A stretch of 64,000 bases of DNA from Peribolospora baueri (taxonomy: Eukaryota): contig JAMDHS010000017.1 in NCBI GenBank assembly GCA_029717555.1, positions 62,001-126,000 on the forward strand, read 5' to 3'. Position numbers and translations under genes: made by a program. Shown here piece after piece: positions 12,904 through 24,376 of the stretch (position 1 is its first letter; every line of letters begins with the position of its first letter). Under the pieces are notes generated by a model. It saw only the letters and a list, made by a program, of their open reading frames with translations, had not been told where the DNA came from and searched no databases.

Positions 12904-13402
12904 GTGTGCTTGCGCATGTGTACTATCACCTGAGGAAGGGAAGTGACGTTCAACCACGCTCGAGGATTCCATGCGACCGTCTTCATGAATGACCCAATCG
13001 ACGGCCTGAATGACGACACCGCGAACGGCGATATCAGTAGCGAGAGAAGAAGGAAGTCGTGCTGGTTGGATATGGACTCTAGGAGATGTAAAGACGCTTC
13101 GCATAGACGTTATGCTGACCTCTACATGAACGATACAGGAGCCGCCGCTGCGCCTACGTCGTCCGCTCTACTTCATGAGAGCGAGAGGCAGCCCACAGAC
13201 TGCGGCTGGTCCCGTGACATCTGGACGAACGTGTGTTGGCGGTGGTCGCAGCTGCGGCGCATTCGTCGAAACGCCGGCGATGATCTTCGGAAGTCTAATA
13301 AATGGTGTAGCTACGACCACTCTTTGTCTGGCCTTGACCCTGTCCTATCCGTCATACCCTCCCCCACTTTGCTTTTGACATCCTCGCCGAGTCAGCGAGC
13401 GA

Positions 13403-14715
13403 ATGTTCAATCCTTTTACGTCCTCGGAACTCTGTGAGGGTCGCCTCTGTCCAGCTGATGACTGATTGGCTCGGCAAAGGCCGTCAAAGCAGGTCGCGCT
13501 TCTCGGGCTGCTAACCCTGTCTCTGACGCTTTCCTTCTTTGGCAGTTCTCATCGTCGCCCTTCCCCGCCTGTCCATGGAGTGAGTTCCTGTTTTTTCCAG
13601 TGCAGTTTCTTAACCGTGACCAGCCTGACCTATTTCGTTTCTACCTGCCGACGTCCATCGCTCACACTTTGACAGTTGGTTCATGGCTCCGATGCGACGG
13701 GCCGCCCGTGCGGCGGGCGGTCAGGATCAAAGTTCACCTTCCAGAGTAGTCGTGCAGTGGGGACGAGAGAGGTAGGTGTTTGCCTCTGGCCACTATCGAG
13801 CTCGCACACGTAACTTGACCGTTCGGTTTTAACGTTCTTTTATGTATCCTCCTTCTTCGCTTATTCCCCGTCAGATTGCACATCGATCTGCCCCATGAAC
13901 CCAAGCCAACACTAGGCATGCTCAAGTCCAAGCTCGCAGCCATCACTTCCATCCCTCTTTCCCAGATCAAACTCGTGTACAAGGGGCTTGTACTTCGCGA
14001 CGACAAGACACTGTTAGAGTCTTACGGTATCCAGAACGGAGACATGCTTGCCCTCGTTGGCACCAAAGGCGGCGTCGAGCCGGACCGCGTGGGCGCCAAG
14101 CAGCGCGAAGCTAAGGCAGCCCGTAAGGAGGAAGAAGACACAAGTGAGGCGGGCATGATCAAGCGGATCAGAGCAACGGTTAATAAGACGCGAGAAGAGC
14201 TATTGGGAGATGTGGAAGGGTTTGAGAAGAGCGTCAGGTATCTTAACCGGGATGAGAAGAAGGGAACGGTGGCGGGTACGGAAGGAGCAAGCCGGGAAAC
14301 GGGGCGGAGCGATGAGAGCAGGCGGAGGGACAGGAGCAGGAGTCCATCCGCATCATCCCCCAACTCGGCTGCAGTTCCCGTCACTTCCACTGGCGCTCCG
14401 GCTCCTCAAGCTACCGCTTCTATTGCTGCGCACCGACAGAGGCGCAACTCGACTGCGAGCAACGCCTCAACAGCCGCTTCAACCGTCTCAGAGCAGCCTC
14501 CTCTGGCGCCTTCCGCGCTCCCGAAAGCCCACCGTCGCCTATCCGAGCTCCTCTTGCGCTCCCTCCTCGCTCTCGATGCCATCAACCTCAGCCCTGGAGC
14601 GGATGAGGTGCGCAAGGAACGCAAGGCTGGCGTGAAGGAGATTCAGGGATGGCTCGATCGTGTGGACAAGGCGTGGAACGACGCGAGAGGGAAGCCAGGT
14701 GTCACTGAGGATTGA
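13403..14715 (+). CDS. BAG-family co-chaperone with N-terminal ubiquitin-like domain (BAG1-like); start at 13403 or 13575
   Basis: UBL: TLGMLKSKLAAITSIPLSQIKLVYKGLVLRDDKTLLESYGIQNGD; BAG: RLSELLLRSLLALDAI...VRKERKAGVKEIQGWLDRVD; introns 13434-13545, 13580-13675, ~13772-13875. Confidence 0.85.
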
Positions 14716-15769
14716 CGGCTGGACGAGTATTTATGTAGGTTCTCGCTTACCTGTGATCATCTTGCATCGTGCCCCCTGTGCGTGGGTGGCCGGCGGAGCG
14801 CTCTCATCATGCAACGGTGGACGCACATAGACTTTCCTGTCATCATCATTGAGCTGGATAAGCCTCTGTCGAGGCTGCGACTGTTTGTTTCCAGTAGCCG
14901 GTTATGTCGTTCTTTGTGACCGACCGGCGGCATGCTGGGGCTGCGTAAGCGTGGAGTACTCGAGCGCTCTAAATACTCCCGCCGTTCCTTTCGGCGTTGG
15001 GTCCTGTTCGTAGGTGCCGTTGGTCGAACTAAGACTTGTTTAGTTGGCACGTACACTGATCTTCGGATCGACAAGAAATGTCAGCTCTCGTGTGTGGTAG
15101 CCGACGGGATCATCTCGTGCAGCAGCAGACCTGTGCAGATGTCCGAGTCGTTGGAACGCTCTAGCCGACGGAAAGGAGCTCCTTTTGCGTGCTTTTAAGT
15201 CCCGCTTGCTTTGTCCGAACCGACGAACCCGGTTTCCGCCTTAGTAAGTTATCCGTTCCCTCTCGTCGTCCCTTCCAGGGTGGTGGACCGTAGGCTAACT
15301 AGGACGCATGTGCAACGTGCTCGCCGTTCCCGAGGAACGTACGATGGCGCCATGGTCCACGAGGAAGGCCTTCTACAACCGCTTTGTCGATCTGGTAGCT
15401 GAAGTACTAGTCGGCAAGGGCATCCGCCCATGCCGTGCGGACGTCCGTGGGTCCTCAGGAAAGGCGGCGATTTACCAAGCAGTTCGCCGATGATCAGCGA
15501 CGCGGCAGATAGCATTGCGCGACGTCCGTCTGTGGTCTCCTTCCTTGTCCTCCACCACCCCGGTCTGGCTACCCGGGACAAAATGAGCTAGCTCCTAGCT
15601 ACTCTCATCTCCCGTCGCCTGTGATCTTCCCTTCTCACAATCCTTCCTTTTTTCTGCTGCAGTCAAACGGAGAGACAGTCAGTCTAGTCTGGCCAGTCAT
15701 TCACCTGAGGTATTCGCTCTTCACCCTTTTCTTTTTTTCGCAGGTTCCTACGGGCCCAAGTGAACACCA

Positions 15770-15776
15770 TATAAAG
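15770..15776 (+). promoter_or_regulatory. TATA box of the SC15-like gene
   Basis: TATAAAG ~125 bp upstream of ATG 15899, followed by a CT-rich leader. Confidence 0.6.
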
Positions 15777-15898
15777 GGACTTTTTGCTCACCCCCGTCTT
15801 CGCTCTCCTCATAGTCTCTCCTTCTGTCTCTTTCCAGTACACACGCTCCTTCACGCTCCTTGCACCCCCACAATCCTTTGCTTTTCCTACCAGACACC

Positions 15899-16672
15899 AT
15901 GCAGTTCCGCACCATCGTCCTCGGCGCTCTCGCCCTCGCCTCCGGCTCCCTCGCCGCTACCAGCGGCCCTGCCAGGCTCGACACGATGGTCGTCGCGCGC
16001 ACCGACGCCTGCGCCCAGGTCGGCCAGACCCTCACCACGATGGCCGCTAAACTCGACAAGCCCATCGCTGAGATCAACTCTCTGACCAAGCAGAACGCCA
16101 CCATGGCCGTCGCCAAGCCCGTCGTCCAGAAGGCCGTCCACGTCCTCCAGGCCACCGCCAACAAGCTCCAGGCGCTCAAGAAGGAGAACGTGAAGTGCCA
16201 GCTCGGCACTAACGGCGTCCAGGCCAACGTGGCTGCTCGCCAGGGCGACCCCGTGACGGCTGGTGTTGACATCCTCCTCCCCAAGGTCAACGTCCTCCTC
16301 GTCGACCTCACCCGCGTCGTCAACACTCTCCCCCTCGCCCCCGTCACCACCCTCGTCGAGGGCCTTGAGCCCGCTCTCGGCGCCCTCATCCTCGGCCTCG
16401 AGGCTGTCGTTGCTGGCGACCTCCTCCCCGTTCTCAGCGGCGTGTGAGTTTTGCGCTCTGTTACCTCACACCGTCCTACTCACGCGACCCTGCCGTCCGC
16501 TCTCGCTCCATCTCGACGCATCCTGACTGACTCTTCGTCTTGGTTCACGTCCCCTTCCAGCCTCACCCCCGTCCTCGCCGCCCTCGCTGGCCTCGGCATC
16601 AGCCTCAGCGGCCTCGACACCACCCTCCAGTCGGTCAACCTCGGCGCTCTCCTCGACGGCGTGACCATCTAA
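15899..16672 (+). CDS. Small secreted protein, SC15-like (amphipathic, Leu/Val-rich C-terminus), ~218 aa, 2 exons
   Basis: Signal peptide MQFRTIVLGALALASGSLA; intron 16444-16560; strong C-ending codon bias; hydrophobic C-half (LEPALGALILGLEAVVAGDLLPVLSGVLTPVLAALAGLG) recalls Schizophyllum SC15 (resemblance from memory). Confidence 0.75.
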
Positions 16673-17303
16673 GCGTTGAGCGCAATCGCCGTAGTGATTC
16701 CGACCGGGAACGGTCGTCAGGCTCGAAGGGGCGCGGCTCCCTTCGGTTTCTTCTGCGGTCTCGCCAGACCTGCATTGTTTACATATTCTACGGTCGTCTG
16801 GGATAATAGTAATTTCCATCGCCGACAAAGTTAGATTGTGCGCCGGGAGATTATACATCTTACCATCATTACTGATATGAGGGGATGTTGACACCAGCAT
16901 GCGATCCGGCGGCCCTATCTCAGCAACAGTGATAAGAGAAGAGTCTACTGCCTGGCGACGAAAGCGCTCTGTACACTGACCAACGAAATCTTGGAGCCAG
17001 GGCTGTCCGCCTTCGAGAGAAAGTGGTCATCGTCTTGACTGCCTTCACAGTCCAGGGAAAACAGAAGATGGGTCGTCCGTCGTCGTTCTGCGCGGTGAAT
17101 TGAAATCACGTGCCAGTCGTCGGACTGAAGGAGCCACCCACCGCGCGTTCCCGGCTCGATCTCCACCTCGCCGTCCGCCACCATCTCGTTTCCCCACGTC
17201 TTCACCAAAGGTGTCGGCCGCGGCTTTGCGCATTTGACTTGGAACGGACAGGATCGGATAGCCTGAAAGTTCAGGACGCAAGGCCAGTGCGCTCGTCGTC
17301 GTC

Positions 17304-18009
17304 ATGGCGTATTACGAGCTCTACCGTCGATCCAGGCGAGTCGCTGAGCTGGCCGGGTCGCGGGACCATGCTAGGCCGTCCTGCTGATACGAGATGCGCC
17401 TCCTTGCTCGGTTTGACGTCGTGCATCGTCTCTATCATGTTTCACGGGTAATCTTCTGTACGCTTTCCTGTTCTCACGCGGCTCTGCCACTATGCGCTCG
17501 TCATGCGGGACGGCAGTATCGGCGTCGCCCTGATTGACGCTCTTGACGAGCTCATCCAGTCGGGCCACATCAACCCGCAACTGGCGATGAAGGTCCTGAC
17601 CCAGTTCGATCGCTCCATCGCTGACACCATCACTAAGCAGGTCAAGGCCAAGAGTGGGATGAAGGTTGGTTGCTTCCATGTCGACGTTCGAGCGCACCGA
17701 GGCATTGCCGGTGCGGCGGGCAAGAGCCGCGCTTGTCAGAGGGATCGCGAGCACTCTGTGCGGTCATCATCCGTGGTTTCGGAAGGACCTAATTCGTTTA
17801 CGTGATATCGTTCCCACATCCCCCTCATACCTCTCCTGGTGCCCCTCCCTCTTTCCTTCCAGGGCCACTTGCGCGACTACAACCTCTGCGACGAGGTTTG
17901 GACGTTCATCGTGAAGAACGCCCAGCTCAAGCTCGACACGAACGAGATGCTGCCCGTGGAGAGGGTCAAGATTGTGGCGTGCAAGATGAATGAGGGGCAG
18001 GGCAAGTGA
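17304..18009 (+). CDS. TOA2: Transcription initiation factor IIA gamma (small) subunit, 3 exons
   Basis: [42 protein letters not shown]...|GHLRDYNLCDEVWTFIVKNA...VKIVACK; intron 1 is 17336-17516 (GC-AG), intron 2 is ~17664-17862. Confidence 0.95.
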
Positions 18010-19131
18010 TAGAGGTTTCGCATGGGGGCGCGACTGGGTGGCCCGTCGAGTCTGTGGTAGGCAACCGAAGCCGAGGTCTTCACTGCCCGCGGCGGGGAGG
18101 CGGTGGGCGGGTGTCGAGTTGGAAGCCGCAAGGGTTTGAGCGACCTGCGTACCGGTACCGACGGGATCCATGTCCTTTGCTGTCCCGGTCTGAAGTGCTC
18201 TCCCAAACTGTATTTCTACGTCATGTTCACAAATCAGAAAAAGATAGCGATGCGAGTCCCCCATCTATGTTTTGCCCTCGCTTTCGCGTTCTCTTCTTTC
18301 GTCGTCGGCGTGGACTCGGACACCCTGGGCTTCTCGGCCGGTTCCTCGGACACCTTGGGTTTCTCGGACGGTCCCTCGGGCACAGAGGGCGCAGGGGAAG
18401 AGGAGACGTCCTCCTTCACCGACGGCGAGAAAGGCGCAACGGAGGCGGTCGTTTCGGTGGGGAGCGTCGGATCCGGAGATGGACATCAAATTGGAGAAGG
18501 CTCGAAGAAGTGGGCTGGATGGTGATGGTAAAGCCATGCGCACGGGCGACCGCCGTCGTACGTGTCCTCGACGATGCGGGGAGTGCGGTCGTTCTCGCTG
18601 GACGCTTTGCTATCTATTACAGATAGCTGTCAGCCAGACCGCCCCCTCGACGCTCACCCGCATGTAGGAAAAGGACTCCGGCGCACATCTCGACGGTGAA
18701 AAGCCTTCACGATAACGCCTCCTTTCCTCACAGCGAACACGTCGACTGGCCTTGGCCTGCACTACGATGACGGTTCAAGATGCCCAAATAGCTACTGTTT
18801 TAATTGCCAGAAAAAAGCATGGTTCAATCAATGGCAACCCGATGAAAAAGACGAAAAGACGAAAGCCGATGCTACGCTACATGCGGCTGTGGGGGAACAA
18901 ACAAAGTTAAGACAACAGCTCGGTTTGAATCAGAGTCCGTTCGAAGGCAAAAGAAGGAAGGAGGATTTCGACGCGACGGTGACGAGCGCGGAAAGAAAAC
19001 GAAAAAAAAAGGAGCGTGGTGAGAGGCGGACGCCGCGAGACTGCTCAGAGTAAGGTTAGGGGTCTGCTTCCAGAGGTTTGTTGGGGGCGAGGAGAACGGG
19101 GGAGAGGGGGAGTTTCTAAGCCGAGAAAGGC

Positions 19132-19600
19132 TTAGAAGAGGGCGCGGTGACGCTTGAGCATCTTGAGGTGACCAGCGGACGGCTTGGCCGAGGTGGTGGA
19201 GGTCGACTTGGCCGAGCTCGAGGACAGCTGGGCCGAGGTCGAAGTCGGCTGGACCGAGGCGGAGGACGCCTGGGGCGAGCAGCTGGTCTTGCGGACGCAC
19301 GTGTACGTCTTGGAGTCAAACTTGAAGCCAGACGTGCACTTGTGGTGGGCGCTCGCGCCCTGGGTCTTCGGCTGGCAGTGGCCGGCGGCGACGTAGACCC
19401 ATTCGTGCGGGCAGGTGACGCCCTCCGGCGGGCAGGTGTCCGTACCGTTGTTGGGAACGCACACGCCGGGCTGCGACCACCAGAACTGGTTCGAACCGCA
19501 AGTCGAGCCACCAGAGCCGGAGCCGCTGCCAGAGCCCGAGCCGGAGCCAGAGCCGCTGCCAGAACCACTGCCAGAGCCGCTGCCAGAGCCGCTACCGGAG

Positions 19601-19631
<31 letters not shown>

Positions 19632-19798
19632 CCGAGCCCGAGCCCGAGCCCGAGCCACTGCCAGAGCCACTGCCAGAGCCGGAGCCAGAGCCAGAGCCCT
19701 CGTCGCCGCAGTCGTCACCGCCCTCAGAGCCAGAGCCAGAGCCAGAGCCAGAGCCACTGCCAGAGCCACTGCCAGAGCCAGAGCCACTGCCAGAGCCA

Positions 19799-19833
<35 letters not shown>

Positions 19834-21812
19834 ACTGCCAGAGCCACTGCCAGAGCCGGAGCCGGAGCCGGAGCCGTCGCCAGAGCCCTCGTCGCCGCAG
19901 TCGTCACCGCCCTCATCGCCAGAGCCAGAACCGGAGCCGCTACCAGAGCCGCTGCCCGAGCCACTACCAGAGCCGGAGCCGGAGCCGGAGCCACTGCCAG
20001 AGCCGGAGCCGCTGCCAGAGCCAGAGCCCTCGCCAGAGCCCTCGTCGCCGCAGTCGTCACCGCCCTCATCGCCAGAGCCAGAGCCAGAGCCAGAGCCACT
20101 GCCAGAGCCACTGCCAGAGCCAGAGCCACTGCCAGAGCCAGAGCCACTGCCAGAGCCAGAGCCGGAGCCCGAGCCCGAGCCCGAGCCGCTGCCGCTGCCG
20201 GAGCCAGAGCCGGAGCCAGAGCCGGAGCTACCAGTGGAAGTGGGCGTGGCCGAGATGGTGGAGCCGGTAGAAGTGGGCTTGCCAGTGCACTCGGGGCAAG
20301 GCTCGGTGATGGTGGTAGGCACACCAGAGATGGTCGTCGTGCGAGTGACAATCACCTCGGTGGTCGACTCAGGCGGGCAAGGCTGGGTGATGGTGGTAAC
20401 GACACCGGAGACGCTGGTGGTGATCGTGGTGTACGAGATCGTGGGCGTGGCCGAAGGACCCTTGCTGTGGGACGGCTTGGCGGTGGTGGTCGGCTTAGCG
20501 GTGGTCATCGACTCAGGCGGGCAGGGCTGGGTGATGGTGGTTTCGATACCGGAGACGGTGGTGGTGAGCGTGGTGTAGGACGTCCAGGTCGTGGTCTCAG
20601 GGCGACCGGAGATGCACTCGGTGCAAGGCTCGGTGATGGTCGTAGGCTTGCCAGAGACGATGCTGGTGCGAGTCACGACGGGAATCGAGGTGGGGACGCC
20701 CGAAGGATGATGGGGCTTGCAGCACTTGTCCTGGTCCCACCAGAGCCAGCCGGAACCGCAAGAGGGAGGCTTAGGGCTTCCAGTGGGGCCGCCGTGGGGA
20801 GCGCAGCAGCCCTGCTCATCGAACCAGAACCAACTCGGGGGGCACGCCTTGCCGGTGGGGGTGGGGACCGAGGAGGGCGTGTGAGGGACGCAACACTTCT
20901 TGTCATCCCACCACCAGGCGCTCGAGCCGCAAGACGAAGAGGCGGAGGGAGTGGGGGCCGAAGAAGAGGAAGCGTGGGAAGAGCTGGAAGCCTTAGACAA
21001 GGTGGAGGAAGCCGAGTGGGTGGACGAAGCATGGGTGGACGAGGTGCTGCTGGGGTGCTGCTTGCAGCAGAGCTCATCCGGGAACCACGTGTGGCCGTTC
21101 TGGCACGAGGTCGAACCCTCGTACTCAGGCGCCGAGGGAGCGCAGCAGCCCTTGGATTCGAACCAACCCCAGTTCCTGTAGGGACAACGACGGTGGGGAG
21201 AACAAGAGAGGATCACATCAGAGCGCTGGCCGCGAGACGGACGGACGGCGAGCGTCGTCGGAACCGGCGACGCGGTGACGATCACTCACTCGGGGCACGA
21301 CTTGGAGCTGGGAGCAGGGTTGGAGGTGACGCTGCTGGGAACACAGCAGGACTGCGTTCGTGCGCACGCAAGAGATCCGGAGGCGACATGGTCAGTCAGG
21401 CCAGACCGAGGGGGAGAGAGCGGGAGAACGATGGACGATCGACGGACGAACGGACGACGGCGTGCGCGGACGCGACCCCAAAACTGGCGGGCCGAGCCGG
21501 TCATTTGCCGCAGCAGGGACCGGCGACCCTTCATTATATCTCCGCTTCCGTCCGCGCCAAGACCTGGACCCCAGACCTGGGCGGATAGGGTGCGAGAAAA
21601 ATGAGGGAGGGCGAGCGGCTCACCTTGGAAGACCAGAACCAGCCATCTGAGCAGGACGACTCGGTCGACGACGACTTGGCGCCGGTGCTGACCTTGATGG
21701 AGACACCGGCGGAGGGGCTGGCGGAATAAGAGGAGGCGCTGGCGCCGGCCTCTACGCCGGCTGCGCAAAAGGCCAGGGCGGCGAACGCGGCGATGGGCGC
21801 GAGATGGACCAT
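19132..21812 (-). CDS. Secreted Cys/Trp-repeat (PriA-like N-terminal repeats) protein with Thr-rich and (Gly-Ser)n regions, ~764 aa, 3 exons
   Basis: Signal peptide [22 protein letters not shown]; exons 21812-21624, 21351-21290, 21175-19132 join in frame; repeats C-x3-4-W-x-W-x4-5-CC-x-P; TTIT[EQ]PC repeats; ~240-aa GS tract. Confidence 0.85.
19510..20228 (-). repeat. Coding hexanucleotide tandem array (Gly-Ser) with three near-identical 29-bp spacers
   Basis: Plus-strand units CCAGAG/CCCGAG/CCGGAG/CCACTG/CCGCTG; spacer ccctcgtcgccgcagtcgtcaccgccctc at 19697, 19886 and 20039. Confidence 0.95.
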
Positions 21813-22107
21813 GGTTTATTTATTCGGCGAGCGAGCGCGTGGGCTCGTGGGTGGGCGCTGTGCTGGGCTGTGATTAAGGGGACGTTGGGTCTGTGTGCTG
21901 TAGAGAACGTGGAGGCTGGCGCGCGAGGGCGAGGGGGTGGGGGGACGAAGGAGGGTCGACCGACAGGCTAGGTCGGAGTGAGGGGAGGAGGGGACGAGGA
22001 CCCTATCCTCGGCGGATGGGAGTGGGGGCTGGATAAGGAAGAGGAAAGGAGAGGAGAACGTTGCCGGAGAGAAGGGGGGCGGAGAGGGAAAGGCGAAGGG
22101 GGACCTT

Positions 22108-22114
22108 CTTTATA
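22108..22114 (-). promoter_or_regulatory. Putative TATA box of the GS-repeat secreted protein gene
   Basis: TATAAAG on the minus strand ~300 bp upstream of ATG 21812, followed by a pyrimidine-rich leader. Confidence 0.45.
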
Positions 22115-24248
22115 CGACGGGCAGCGGCGTGCGGGCTTGCACTGTACTGCACTGCGCTGCGCTCGCTCTCTCGCTGCGTCTTAGCGGGAGCGTGGGTGTC
22201 TCGAGGGCCGTGTCGTCACTGTCTGTCGTGTTTTCACCGTCGCCGGGAGGAGGCCAAAGAAAAGGCCACACTCACACACTCACACACACACGGCCTGGCC
22301 CTCGGACGGATGCACGACCAGGGCGGGCTTCGTCTGGCTCCGACTGGGTGGCTGAGGGGGTGGCACTCTGGACGGCGAGGGTCGCGTAGGCCGGGCGTCC
22401 GGCTGGACATGGACATTGCATTTGCACACGGCGGCAAGCACAAGCACAGACTGAGGCATGATCGACGGCTGAAAGCGGGATGCCGATCTGGCCCTACGCT
22501 TGCACTTGACCGAAACGCCCGTCCGTTCGTCAGCAAGCAAGCCCCATGTCATTTACAGCGAGCTAGCCACGCAGACACGCAGACAATGCAGCCCAGCCTC
22601 TGTGAGAGCGAGCGAGCGAGTGTGTGTGTGTGGGCGCATGAGCGGCACGGCGAGGCACAACCCTTCTTCCTCCTTCTTCTTGTCTCCCGTCCTCGTTTGC
22701 GGACATGACGCGAACTTCTCGTGTCGGCGAGGATGAGGCGGACGGATGCTGGACAGCGGCTCGTCCCATTCAAGAGGGGGGAGGAAAGGGAGCGTGGGCA
22801 GTCGCACGAAGAAGCACCTCGTGCGGTCGTCGGGTCGTACACCAAGTCCAAGCCAAGTCGTACACGATCGCACTGAACGTACATAAGGGAACACGGCGGT
22901 CGACACGGCCCATGCCGCCCTCAGCCGGTCGCACCGCACCGCACCGTCCCTCGCGTTCGCCTTCGCGCTGACCTCCCAAGGCGTTGCGAGAGGAGAGCTG
23001 TGGCTCTCGTTCGAGACATCCGGACGTATCGCGGGGGTATCCACGAGTGGGTGGATGGCTGGATGGATGACTGGTGCGTGCGAGGCGGCGTCGAACGGCT
23101 GCGAACGTTGTCAGCCCGTCGTCGGTCTGTGCCTGCGACGCCGTCACCGGTGCGGACCCCTTGCGTCGCTCTCCCACCCCTCCCCGTGTCCCTCCGAGCA
23201 TCCGACCTCAGTTTCATTCACACTCTATTTCTATTGCCCAGCCTGACGAGATGAGATCCTGGAGATGCTCTGGATCGTCGGCACGCTGAGTGTCTGCCGT
23301 CGTGAAAGGGAAACAAAGGACGGCGGCTCGGTGCGAGTGCAAGATCGGGCTCCTATACGCCTCCCTCACCAAACCACCTACCCCATCTCCCCTTCCCCGT
23401 GATTCCGTAGCCCCTGCGTCCTGTCGCCGACGAGAGAGTGACGCTCGGCGCTGCGTGTCCGTGTCCTGTAGGTGGGCCACTGCTGCACAAAACCAGCCTC
23501 GTGTGCGCGCTCGCCGACTCGAATCCTACTACTTATAGCTACGGCTCCACGATGGAAGCTCGGTTTGTGGACACGAATCAGGAAGGACGACTACGGTCTG
23601 GGAAAAGAATGGCGGACGGAGCGGGGGGGAGCATGGACGGGTTGCCCAGCAAGCCCAGCGCTTTCTCTCCTTCTTCTTCTTCCATCCATTTCCTTGCCTT
23701 TCTTTGCCAAGCAAGCCAGCCCGCGCGCGCAGCTGCGATGCGATGCGACGACGACGTGTATGCGAGCTGTGCTGTGGGCGTGCATCCGTCTGCAGATCCG
23801 TACATCCGCCACCTAACACCACAGCCCCTCTTCCCCTTTCTCCTTCCCGTTCCTTCCGGTTAACGACGGCCGATCGATCGAGATCGACGACCTGCAGACG
23901 GCCGGCCGAAACAGCATTCGGCTTCCCCCTCCTCCCTACCCGCCGAGCGGTGCGCGTCCCAAGTCCTTCTTGTACGCCTTTTACGTTCCGTCCATCCGAA
24001 GGGGACTCGCTCCGTTAGCACGCTTGTTTGCGCCCGACGACGACGGCGGTGAGAGGCAGCCACCGGCCGGCCGGCGGGCTTGGACTTGCTCAAGCAGGCG
24101 CCGGGCGGGGGCAAATCGAGGCGGTCGAGTCGAGTTGAGTCCAGCCGAGCCGAGTCGTCGCTCTCAAATCAACCCTAGACCGGCGCTACGGCCAAAATTG
24201 AGGGGACGGGTGAGAAGGATGACTGATTGGCCCTCCTCCGTCTCCTAA

Positions 24249-24376
24249 TGTAAGTGGTAGATGGGGTGGTCACAGCAGTCCAGTGAAGCAGTCCAGTGAC
24301 GCAGGTAACAGAAGGAGAAGGGAGTGCAGCAAGAGCCAATCCAAGTACATGTGGCATGTGGTTCAGTGACATAACA
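24249..24376. mobile_element. Possible degenerate transposon relic (solo-LTR/MITE-like)
   Basis: 128 bp bounded by TGTAAG...ATAACA and flanked by TAA on both sides; one CpG versus CpG-rich flanks; internal 13-bp direct repeat AGCAGTCCAGTGA. Confidence 0.25.

Noticed and set aside
12901..13437. Possible stop readthrough or extra exon of UTP13, and ORF 12943-13437
   Set aside because: The Utp13 domain is complete at MDFLLE*, a second in-frame stop follows closely, and no convincing splice joins the downstream frame.
14757..15620. Short ORFs between the BAG and SC15-like genes (e.g. MAPWSTRKAFYNRF...)
   Set aside because: No recognisable domain, transposase motif or supporting gene structure.
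19697..20067. Three 29-bp repeats with intervening sequence resembling a CRISPR array
   Set aside because: The intervening sequences are long, themselves repetitive and coding; the context is eukaryotic and there are no cas genes.
19116..21588. Long alternative-frame ORFs encoding (PE)n, (AR)n and (AL)n
   Set aside because: By-products of the stop-free hexamer array. Only the GS frame links to a signal peptide, splice sites and Cys repeats.
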